A DNA stretch of 64,000 nt, from assembly GCA_012735505.1 (NCBI GenBank), contig JAAYHE010000025.1, forward strand, positions 10,414 through 74,413, given 5' to 3'. Of the stretch, positions 57,193 to 64,000 are shown piece after piece. Both the position numbers and the translations under genes were made by a program. The stretch's first letter is position 1; every line of letters starts with the position of its first letter. The DNA is from Bacillota bacterium. Lineage in GTDB: Bacteria > Bacillota > UBA994 > UBA5500. The notes below the pieces were generated by a model that was given only the letters and a program-made list of their open reading frames with translations, was not told the DNA's origin and searched no databases.

Positions 57193-57423
57193 GGCATTGC
57201 GGTCATCCTCGCGCGCTGGTAGCCAACGACTGTCGGTAAGAGCTCTAGCGCCAAGGAGAGCGGCCAGAAGTCTGGAAGCCTTAACTCATTGCCTGCCGCT
57301 CCTTTATCCTTGGCGCCTCCGTTCTTTTGATCTATAGCTCCCATGCGCTTTACAGATGACGGGCACCGCCGCTTGCTGCTAGGCCGGCTACACATACACA
57401 CACGCGAGGATGACCGCGACGCC
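57193..57423. repeat. Copy C (complete) of the GCGGTCATCCTCGCG intergenic element family
   Basis: 23-nt inverted repeat 57193-57215 / 57401-57423 (20 Watson-Crick pairs, 1 G-T, 2 mismatches) containing both orientations of the exact 15-mer. The 185-nt insert holds a 17-bp hairpin (57248-57264 / 57295-57316). Confidence 0.75.
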
Positions 57424-57597
57424 AACATATCGCGACTGACTGGACCTCTTTTCAGCAACCCCGTCAGACTCATTTCCCTTTCTGCCATAGGATAAGGCTT
57501 GTTGGCTACAGGCTGCAAAACACGAGTTTAGCATAACTTGCCCCGTTATAAGGTGAGGGTCGACGCAAGGTCGACCCCCAAGCCCTTAACACAAGCA

Positions 57598-57927
57598 CTA
57601 CATTTTACCGTTGAAAGCCCGAGAATTTTCTTTGGCTGCATTCACCCAACCGATAAGATCATGAATGACGCCCGACCCGCCTACCATAAAAAACGCACTC
57701 AGTAAAGGACCAATGGCTGGCCACTGAAAGCTCACACCAAACATTTGAAAGAAGTCTAGCTGCGCTCCATAGGATAAGACTAAGGCGACAACAAAAGCTA
57801 ACAGGCCTGGAACATTGATGCCCGCAATCTGCCGCTTTGCATCCAGCTGAGGTATAAGGCACAAAATTAACTCTACGATGCGCTCGACGGTAAAGGAGAG
57901 AAATAACCAGACCATCAAAGTATCCAT
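57598..57927 (-). CDS. Small three-TM membrane protein (holin-like size and topology; function unknown)
   Basis: 109 aa from ATG 57927 (RBS GAGGGGG, 6 nt). Hydrophobic helices are followed by a polar C-terminal tail (NAAKENSRAFNGKM). It is the gene upstream of the amidase. Confidence 0.55.
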   Translation of the reverse strand: MDTLMVWLFLSFTVERIVELILCLIPQLDAKRQIAGINVPGLLAFVVALVLSYGAQLDFFQMFGVSFQWPAIGPLLSAFFMVGGSGVIHDLIGWVNAAKENSRAFNGKM

Positions 57928-58044
57928 ACGTAGCCCCCTCACAGCTATACTGTTTGCTATATCAGTATATTGCAGCTAGAGGAAGCTCGTGCATACACAG
58001 ACGATATTCTGTCGGCCCGAGTCTAGTATGTTGTATGTAGCAAA

Positions 58045-59403
58045 TTAAAGTTGGAGTAAATCAACAGGCTGTAAATTAGGGTTAGTAGCGGCGCCACGAC
58101 CAACTTTGGCCAAGGGATACCATTTGCCATCTATCTGGATGCGTACAATGTCAGCCGTATAGTCGTTGTTGGTACCATTAGCCCTACTATTCTCTAACAA
58201 GGCGGAGCCAACGCCGTAAATGTCTACCGGCACCTTTAGTTCTTCAAATTCACGGATACGTGCCGCATCAAAACCGCCCGTCGCCACAATTTTCACTTCA
58301 CGACACCAATCTCGAGCAACTTCCCGCGCCTCCTCGGGTATTGACCAATTCTCATAGGCCTTGTCAATAGCCTCACGCACTATCCAAACCAACCGCGGGT
58401 TTACACCGCAATCGAGTTCCTTCTTGCCTAAAGGAGGAACCGAACGATCTCGCATATTTCCAGAAGTATCCAGCCTGACTGCTGCCAATTTATACTTTGC
58501 AGCCTCGTCCATATCGCCTTGGGAATAATACTGCCAGTACTCGGTAAACAGTCGCGTCATCACGCGCAAAGAGTCTCGCACACAATCATTGTGAAAATCT
58601 ACTAAAGCGATCCGCGGAATAGAAACCGGCATAATACGGCAAAACTGCAACATGGTTTCAGCAGCGTCACCTAAGAAGCAAGCAATCGAAGCATGAGCAA
58701 TAGTACCCCCGCCCTTGCCTCCCCACCAGCCGCCTTGATCATCGGTAGAAACAATCAGCTGGGAGTTGGTGCCATATTGGGCATTATAGGCTTGTACGGC
58801 CAAAGAGTAGGCGTAACCATGCAATGCCTGTAGCTTATAGTGGGCGAAACGAGCCGGGAAAAACAGGACATCTTTGCCACCAGCGGCAGATAATACTTCA
58901 TAAACGTTGGTAGCTACCCGCGTGGCTTCAGTCAGCACTCCTAACATAGGAGTTTCCAAGCACGCAAAATCACGATAGCGCCCGCGAACTTTTAGTACAG
59001 GTTCTACCCGCAAGTTATTACCCTCATACGAGACAAAGGTACCATCATGTACAGCCTCTACCTCTAATTGGTCGGCGGTATTGACAAAAGTATCATCGTC
59101 GGCAAAATAGCCGGCGCAGTATTTCAGAATTGCCAGGGCTTCATCGACCCCAGCTACCAGCGAAAAAGGCTTGCGCCGGGTGAAAAACTGCATCTCTACC
59201 ACTAGGTCACCATTCTTTACAGTACGGGGGTCAAAACTATTGAGATTCGTTTCACCTTGAAATGTATAGCCTTCTTCCGCAAGGGTTTGTAAAATGCGCA
59301 CCGTGTTAGAAAAATATTCGTCAGAATACCATCCTCGCCGCATGCGTTCAGCGTCGATCTGAAAAATCTCCGGGTCGAGCCGCTTCCCCGTAAATATGCT
59401 CAT
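58045..59403 (-). CDS. pncB: Nicotinate phosphoribosyltransferase (NAPRTase family)
   Basis: 452 aa from ATG 59403 (RBS GGAGGTAAG) with ..WYSDEYF.NT..IL.. and the VRLDTSG barrel motif. Confidence 0.8.
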   Translation of the reverse strand: MSIFTGKRLDPEIFQIDAERMRRGWYSDEYFSNTVRILQTLAEEGYTFQGETNLNSFDPRTVKNGDLVVEMQFFTRRKPFSLVAGVDEALAILKYCAGYFADDDTFVNTADQLEVEAVHDGTFVSYEGNNLRVEPVLKVRGRYRDFACLETPMLGVLTEATRVATNVYEVLSAAGGKDVLFFPARFAHYKLQALHGYAYSLAVQAYNAQYGTNSQLIVSTDDQGGWWGGKGGGTIAHASIACFLGDAAETMLQFCRIMPVSIPRIALVDFHNDCVRDSLRVMTRLFTEYWQYYSQGDMDEAAKYKLAAVRLDTSGNMRDRSVPPLGKKELDCGVNPRLVWIVREAIDKAYENWSIPEEAREVARDWCREVKIVATGGFDAARIREFEELKVPVDIYGVGSALLENSRANGTNNDYTADIVRIQIDGKWYPLAKVGRGAATNPNLQPVDLLQL

Positions 59404-59438
59404 CGTTCTTACCTCCACACTTGAATATTTCTTACGTT

Positions 59439-59466
59439 ATTATATTAGTTCGCCAAACACTTGCAA
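59439..59466 (-). promoter_or_regulatory. Sigma-A type promoter upstream of pncB
   Basis: Minus strand reads TTGCAA (59466-59461), 16 nt, then TATAAT (59444-59439). Confidence 0.5.
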
Positions 59467-59517
59467 AAGCTTATCGCTAATGCTAATACTATGTAATAGT
59501 TTTTTCACCTTAGGTAG

Positions 59518-59544
59518 CAAAAAAACCGCACACTGCGTGTGCGG
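59518..59544 (-). terminator. Intrinsic terminator after the tRNA-Leu pair
   Basis: Hairpin CCGCACAC-GCA-GTGTGCGG (59526-59544) followed by TTTTTTT on the minus strand. Confidence 0.75.
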
Positions 59545-59556
59545 GATATAAACTCT

Positions 59557-59639
59557 TGGTGTCGGAGGGGGGACTCGAACCCCCACGGTTGCCCATACGC
59601 CCCTCAAACGTACGCGTCTGCCAGTTCCGCCACTCCGAC
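59557..59639 (-). tRNA. tRNA-Leu (anticodon GAG)
   Basis: 83-nt class II tRNA: acceptor GTCGGAG/CTCCGAC, anticodon arm TACGT-TTGAGGG-GCGTA, a long variable arm, T arm GGGGG-TTCGAGT-CCCCC, encoded CCA. Confidence 0.88.
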
Positions 59640-59649
59640 TTTTTCTGAA

Positions 59650-59736
59650 TGGTGCCGAAGGTGGGATTCGAACCCACACGAGCGTGCGCCCACTGCGCCC
59701 TGAACACAGCGTGTCTGCCAGTTCCACCACTTCGGC
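59650..59736 (-). tRNA. tRNA-Leu (anticodon CAG)
   Basis: 87-nt class II tRNA: acceptor GCCGAAG/CTTCGGC, anticodon arm CTGTG-TTCAGGG-CGCAG, a long variable arm, T loop TTCGAAT, encoded CCA. Confidence 0.88.
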
Positions 59737-59757
59737 AAAGGTTTTGTCACGCTTATT

Positions 59758-59786
59758 ATCTTACGCCTATCTACCCAAATTGTCAA
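59758..59786 (-). promoter_or_regulatory. Sigma-A type promoter for the tRNA-Leu pair
   Basis: Minus strand reads TTGACA (59786-59781), 17 nt, then TAAGAT (59763-59758), about 22 nt before the tRNA 5' end. Confidence 0.5.
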
Positions 59787-59796
59787 GGGTTCTTTT

Positions 59797-60372
59797 TTAT
59801 GGCCAGCGATAAATGCGGCTATAGATTTGCTGTTGTGCCTCTACTTTTAAAACATAGCGCCGTGTTTCGCCGAAGGGAATAGCCTCAACAGTATCTTTGC
59901 TGCCATCCCATACACCTTCATTCAACCAGCTACTAACGTTGCCACGGCCTCCGTTGTAAGCTGCTAGAGCAATAGTCGTATTTTGCTCAAAGTTTTCTAG
60001 CAGATCCGCCAAATAGGATACGCCTAAGCGAATATTTTTTTCAGGAATAAAAAGTTCTTGCTCGCTTACATATTCTAGTCCCATTTTGTCTGCAATCCAA
60101 GCTGCAGTTGTTGGCATAAGCTGCATCAACCCGCGGGCACCTTTAGGTGAGACGGCATTTTCCTGCCAGCGGCTCTCCACGTTGATGATGGCAGCCACCA
60201 AGCTAGGGTCCACCTCCAGTTTCTGGGCCTCTTGAGTAATAAGATCTTGATAGCGTAACGGATAAAGCAACCGCCAGGGAAAGGGAGTCAAAGCTAATAC
60301 TAAGGCTAAGATAAGGGTAGCTACGCCCAGCAATAATAGCCTTCTGATAGCCTTAGTTAGATAATGTAGCAT
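59797..60372 (-). CDS. Lytic transglycosylase (SLT domain), membrane anchored
   Basis: N-terminal TM helix and the SLT catalytic region NVESRW....SPKGARGLMQLMP.TA. Confidence 0.85.
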   Translation of the reverse strand: MLHYLTKAIRRLLLLGVATLILALVLALTPFPWRLLYPLRYQDLITQEAQKLEVDPSLVAAIINVESRWQENAVSPKGARGLMQLMPTTAAWIADKMGLEYVSEQELFIPEKNIRLGVSYLADLLENFEQNTTIALAAYNGGRGNVSSWLNEGVWDGSKDTVEAIPFGETRRYVLKVEAQQQIYSRIYRWP

Positions 60373-60394
60373 ATCTTAATCTCCTTGTATAAGT

Positions 60395-61006
60395 TTAGCG
60401 GAGACCCAAGTCAATAAGCAGCTGATTCCAGTGCTTTTCTACATGCTGTCTAGTCGCTGCTATGCTACCGCTATTGTCGATGATAACATCTGCCCATTGT
60501 TTTTTCTCCGCCAGCGGCATTTGTGCCTTGATACGCGCACAAGCTTCCGCATAAGTCAGTTGGTTGCGCGCCATCAAACGCTGCAATTGCGTTTCTGCGT
60601 CAGTAATCACCAACCATATCGCATCCACAGAAGATGCCATACCGGCTTCAATGAGTAATGGGACGTCTAGAACAATAGGCAAGCGATAGCCGCTCGTAAT
60701 TGCTGCGTCTACTAATTCTTCTATGCGAGCTATCACCCGCGGATGCGTCGCTTGGTTCAAAAACTGGCGCGCTTCCGGGTTGTTAAAAATAACCTCAGCT
60801 AAACGACGGCGATTGAGCTGACCATCAACTAATAGCACGTCAGGTCCAAAATACTCAACTATATCGTGATAAGCTGCCTGCCCTGGCTGTACTATTTCCC
60901 GGGCAATCTTGTCGGCATCAATAACTTTGGCCCCTAACTCGCGCAGCATTGCGGCCACGGTGCTCTTGCCGGTCGCAATTCCCCCCGTTAGCCCAATCCT
61001 ATACAT
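60395..61006 (-). CDS. coaE: Dephospho-CoA kinase
   Basis: Contains IGLTGGIATGKST (P-loop). 203 aa in the polA-mutM-ytaF-coaE synteny. Confidence 0.9.
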   Translation of the reverse strand: MYRIGLTGGIATGKSTVAAMLRELGAKVIDADKIAREIVQPGQAAYHDIVEYFGPDVLLVDGQLNRRRLAEVIFNNPEARQFLNQATHPRVIARIEELVDAAITSGYRLPIVLDVPLLIEAGMASSVDAIWLVITDAETQLQRLMARNQLTYAEACARIKAQMPLAEKKQWADVIIDNSGSIAATRQHVEKHWNQLLIDLGLR

Positions 61007-61010
61007 TAGA

Positions 61011-61673
61011 TCACCTACTAATACTGGTATATAAATTAACTAACCCTAGACAAATCAAGAGTATCCCCGGCAGGTTAGCCAGGTGTGACCCTAACCGATG
61101 TTGCCGTAAGCGATATCCGAGCTCCCATCCTAGTAAGAGAGATAAGAGCATGGCTACTCCTGCCACGACAGCCGTTCGGCCTGCCGCCAAACCAGTCATA
61201 GCGGCGCCAATACCGGCACCAAAAGAATCAAGGGCCAAAGCTAAACCTAACAAGCCTGCTTCTTGCCAGGTTATCGTACCGCTTTGGTCTTGGTCGGCTG
61301 CCATCGGGTCTCGCAAGATTTGTATTATCAGACCAAAGGGTCGCAAATTGAGTTGTACAAGCGGTTGGCTGTTGGTAACCGCTGGACTCGGCGCCACTCG
61401 ATTGCCGACAGCCTTCCCACCCTGCTGGTAGAGCAAATAACACCCGAGGAGTAATAGGATTACGCCCCCTAGGTATCTGGTAGCAATAGGCGGTATGAGA
61501 TGACCTAGTAACTGCCCGAGTAACATTGCTACGCCCATCATTACGGCGGAAGCTAGACTAACTAGGGCCACAGCCAAGGGTGTGAGCCTAACGCGGCGAG
61601 CCCCATATGCTAAAGCAGCAGCAAACCCATCTAGACTAACTACAATTCCTAGTAACAAAATCATCAAATTCAT
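61011..61673 (-). CDS. ytaF: Sporulation membrane protein YtaF (MntP/DUF204 family)
   Basis: Two DUF204-type halves (VSLDGFAAALAYG ... LALDSFGAGIGAA). I prefer ATG 61673 (AAGGGG, 8 nt) over GTG 61682. Confidence 0.8.
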   Translation of the reverse strand: MNLMILLLGIVVSLDGFAAALAYGARRVRLTPLAVALVSLASAVMMGVAMLLGQLLGHLIPPIATRYLGGVILLLLGCYLLYQQGGKAVGNRVAPSPAVTNSQPLVQLNLRPFGLIIQILRDPMAADQDQSGTITWQEAGLLGLALALDSFGAGIGAAMTGLAAGRTAVVAGVAMLLSLLLGWELGYRLRQHRLGSHLANLPGILLICLGLVNLYTSISR

Positions 61674-61797
61674 TGCCTTCACCCCTTCCCCTCATCATAT
61701 GAGGGGGCAAAAGCAAAACGTTCAGGGGGAAGCAACGCTCGGGTCCGGCACTTGCAGCAGCAAGCGCCAGGCGATTACCTCAAAAACCGACGCCTTA

Positions 61798-62634
61798 TTA
61801 TATCTGCTCGGGTGCAGACTGACAACAGGGACAAAAGTGAGAACTGCGGCCACTAACCTTAATGCGTTGAATCTGCGTACCACAACGAGGGCAAGCCTGA
61901 CCCTCCCGCCCATAAACGGCAAGCTGATGTTGAAAGTCTCCCGAACGACCTAGCCCATCAACATAATCGCTAAAGCTAGTACCCCGCATTTGCACCCCAG
62001 CCCTAAGCACCTGTACTAACGCTGTGTGCAGCCGCTCCCCTTGTTCAGCAGTAAGACTTTTAGCTGGTTGCTCTGGGTGAATACCAGCTGCAAACAAGCC
62101 TTCGTCAGCATAAATGTTGCCAATGCCGGCGATAAAGTGCTGGTTTAGCAACAAGCTTTTGATCTTCGCAGAACGGCGAGCCAACTCCTGACAGAATTCA
62201 GCAAGCGGGAAATGCTCTAGGGGCTCCCAACCCAAGCGGTCCATGCCTGCTACTTGCCCTATCTCGGCGTGGCTAGCCAAATACATGGCGCCGAATTGGC
62301 GCATATCGGTAAAGCGCAGCTCCCATCCATCAGATAAATTGAAGATTACATGGGTATGCCGAGGCAGCGGGTTGTCGGGACAAGCATAGCGCAACTGGCC
62401 TGTCATTCGCAGATGAATAACTAGGGTTTGCCCACCCGACATAATAAATTTGAGATATTTGCCTCGGCGTTGGATGTCGAGGAAAGTCTGCCCCTTCAGC
62501 TCTGTCGTAAACTCTGATACCGCTGGATACTTAATCAGGCGAGGAAGACGCACATCAACTCCGGTTATTGTCAACCCAGGCAAATGAGCTAATAGGCTTC
62601 TCCGGACAGTTTCTACTTCAGGTAATTCAGGCAT
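61798..62634 (-). CDS. mutM: Formamidopyrimidine-DNA glycosylase (Fpg/MutM)
   Basis: Contains MPELPEVETVRR (the catalytic Pro2 requires the start at ATG 62634, not the longer ORF), H2TH, and a C-terminal zinc finger CPRCG....R...GRSSHFCP.CQ. Confidence 0.92.
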   Translation of the reverse strand: MPELPEVETVRRSLLAHLPGLTITGVDVRLPRLIKYPAVSEFTTELKGQTFLDIQRRGKYLKFIMSGGQTLVIHLRMTGQLRYACPDNPLPRHTHVIFNLSDGWELRFTDMRQFGAMYLASHAEIGQVAGMDRLGWEPLEHFPLAEFCQELARRSAKIKSLLLNQHFIAGIGNIYADEGLFAAGIHPEQPAKSLTAEQGERLHTALVQVLRAGVQMRGTSFSDYVDGLGRSGDFQHQLAVYGREGQACPRCGTQIQRIKVSGRSSHFCPCCQSAPEQI

Positions 62635-62700
62635 AGTTTTCGTCGAGATCACTGCTAAAGTCGTAAGCCCTCGTCAGCTCTCTCTACTCCCTTCCTTTCC

Positions 62701-64000
62701 TTACTTATACGGTTTTACATTATACCAATTGGTACCCACCTTGATATCTACGCGCAGGGGGACCAGTAACTCTATTGCCTTCTCCATTTCTTCTCTCACT
62801 AAGCTAACGAGAGAGGCTAACTCTGACTCGTATACCTCGAAAATAAGCTCATCGTGCACCTGCAAGATCATCTTACTAGCAAAACCTTCTTCTCGCAGGC
62901 GTCGGTCGATGTTGACCATGGCTAACTTGATCTGATCGGCGGCGCTACCCTGAATAGGAGTATTGACAGCGGTGCGTTCAGCGAACGACCGCAAATTATA
63001 GTTACGGCTATTGATATTAGGCAGGTAGCGACGTCGCTGCAACAAGGTAGTGACGTAGCCGTCTCGACGTGCTTGCTCAATAACACTATCAATATAGTTG
63101 CGCACACCAGCGTAACGCTGGAAGTATCGTTCTATATAAGCTTTAGCTTCAGCGCGTGTGATTTTTAGGTCGCGGGACAAGCCATAATCGCTAATTCCAT
63201 AGACGATACCAAAGTTGACAGCTTTAGCCCGCGAGCGCATGTCAGGCGTAACTGCAGCTAAATCAACTCCAAATACTTCAGCTGCCGTGCGCGCATGAAT
63301 ATCTTCATCTTGGCGAAAAGCCTTAATTAGAATGGGGTCCTGCGAGAGGTGCGCCAAGATCCGCAGCTCTATCTGCGAATAGTCGGCAGTTAGAATATAA
63401 GTCGCTCCCGCGCTAGGGGCAAAGGCTTTACGAATCTGCCTGCCTTCTTCCAGTCTCACAGGGATATTCTGCAAATTAGGCTCACTGCTGCTCAAACGCC
63501 CCGTAGTAGTTACGGTCTGATGGTAGGTCGTATGCACCTTTTGGTCGCGCGGATCGATTACCTGCAGCAGCCCATCCAAATAGGTGGATTTCAGCTTAGC
63601 TAGTTGCCGATACTGTAAGATTTTGTTCACCACGACGTGTTCATCGGCCAGTGCTTCCAACACCTCGGCATCGGTTGAATATCCTGTCTTGGTTTTCTTA
63701 ATAACCGGCAAGCGTAGTTCTTCGAATAAAACCTGACTCAACTGTTTGGGCGAGTTGATGTTAAACTCGCGCCCAGCAGCTTGGTAAATCTCGTCCATAA
63801 TGGTAACTAAGCGTTGCTCTAAGTCAGCCTGCATGCTGGTCAGAGTATCACTATCGACATAAACACCCTGCTTTTCCATACCGGCCAAAACACCACTTAA
63901 CGGCAATTCAATATGACGATACAAATAGTCGAGGTCAGCCTCGACCAATTTTGCTTCCAAGGCAGTCAGTAAAGGCCGAACAGCCGAGCAGGCTGCTGCC
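62701..64000 (-). CDS. polA: DNA polymerase I, C-terminal polymerase domain (5' part lies beyond the right edge)
   Basis: Contains RLSSSEPNLQNIP (motif A region), DYSQIELR, RSRAKAVNFGIVYG (motif B) and QVHDELIFE (motif C). The reading frame stays open to position 64000. Confidence 0.95.
   Translation of the reverse strand, partial: AAACSAVRPLLTALEAKLVEADLDYLYRHIELPLSGVLAGMEKQGVYVDSDTLTSMQADLEQRLVTIMDEIYQAAGREFNINSPKQLSQVLFEELRLPVIKKTKTGYSTDAEVLEALADEHVVVNKILQYRQLAKLKSTYLDGLLQVIDPRDQKVHTTYHQTVTTTGRLSSSEPNLQNIPVRLEEGRQIRKAFAPSAGATYILTADYSQIELRILAHLSQDPILIKAFRQDEDIHARTAAEVFGVDLAAVTPDMRSRAKAVNFGIVYGISDYGLSRDLKITRAEAKAYIERYFQRYAGVRNYIDSVIEQARRDGYVTTLLQRRRYLPNINSRNYNLRSFAERTAVNTPIQGSAADQIKLAMVNIDRRLREEGFASKMILQVHDELIFEVYESELASLVSLVREEMEKAIELLVPLRVDIKVGTNWYNVKPYK

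Noticed and set aside
57219-57509. Extra 9-nt inverted repeat GTAGCCAAC / GTTGGCTAC (57219-57227 / 57501-57509) crossing the main helix of element C, a possible pseudoknot or alternative fold
   Set aside because: A 9-mer complement within a roughly 400-nt region is expected by chance with a probability of order 0.3. It is also not seen in the other copies.
57165-57518. 117-aa minus-strand ORF covering repeat element C
   Set aside because: It has no RBS and an Arg/Ser/Ala-rich low-complexity translation. It spans both arms of a 23-nt inverted repeat and an internal 17-bp hairpin. The homologous copies do not preserve any reading frame.
56395-57942. Prophage lysis cassette (holin plus endolysin)
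   Set aside because: There are no phage structural, integrase or regulatory genes anywhere nearby. The two genes are 486 nt apart rather than overlapping. I kept this only as a holin-like/autolysin hypothesis.
61683-61797. Mn2+ (yybP-ykoY) riboswitch upstream of ytaF (MntP-family), and an RBS-sequestering hairpin at 61688-61706
   Set aside because: The conserved GGGGAGUAG and UUGACAUA/AGCAAGACC cores are absent. The 8-bp hairpin ends upstream of the most likely SD (AAGGGG), so it would not occlude it.

Overview
This window looks like the chromosomal core of a spore-forming Firmicute. The gene content is Clostridia/Peptococcaceae-like, but the organism cannot be named from sequence alone. About 55 of roughly 62 protein genes lie on the minus strand, mostly in tight operons with strong AGGAGG-type ribosome binding sites.

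Gene order closely follows known Bacillus subtilis blocks:
- rpoD(sigA)-dnaG
- ccpN plus the dikinase regulator
- recO-era-cdd-dgkA-ybeY-pgpH-phoH-yqfD-yqfC
- rpsU
- mtaB-rsmE-prmA-dnaJ-dnaK-grpE-hrcA-hemW-lepA-spoIIP-gpr
- rpsT
- holA-comEC ... comEA
- coaE-ytaF-mutM-polA

I also call five tRNAs (Val-CAC, Met/Ile2-CAT and Asn-GTT behind rpoD; Leu-GAG and Leu-CAG upstream of pncB). rpsU is missing from the ORF track because it is a 59-codon GTG-start gene. Other calls are a textbook CIRCE operator upstream of hrcA, several consensus sigma-A promoters and a set of intrinsic terminators. I saw no rRNA, CRISPR array, transposase, integrase or obvious prophage.

Items worth a second look:
1. A four-copy family of structured intergenic elements shares an exact 15-mer (GCGGTCATCCTCGCG). 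All copies sit just upstream of envelope/spore genes, and two inverted copies bracket sleB-ypeB, which splits the comE genes.
2. An archaeal-type (thermosome-like) chaperonin is inserted between hrcA and grpE.
3. A tightly packed operon of four unrecognisable membrane proteins lies behind a 530-nt control region with repeated GCACA/ACAATGTG motifs and a 23-codon sORF.
4. MurA carries Asp at the fosfomycin-target Cys position.
5. DgkA is fused to an extra roughly 115-aa four-helix membrane module.
6. A small holin-like membrane protein and an amidase are separated by one of the repeat elements.

All protein calls rest on motifs I recognise by eye plus synteny. No database search was possible, so family names for the less conserved proteins are provisional, and many start codons (the ORF track uses the longest ATG/GTG/TTG ORF) are my RBS-based choices.
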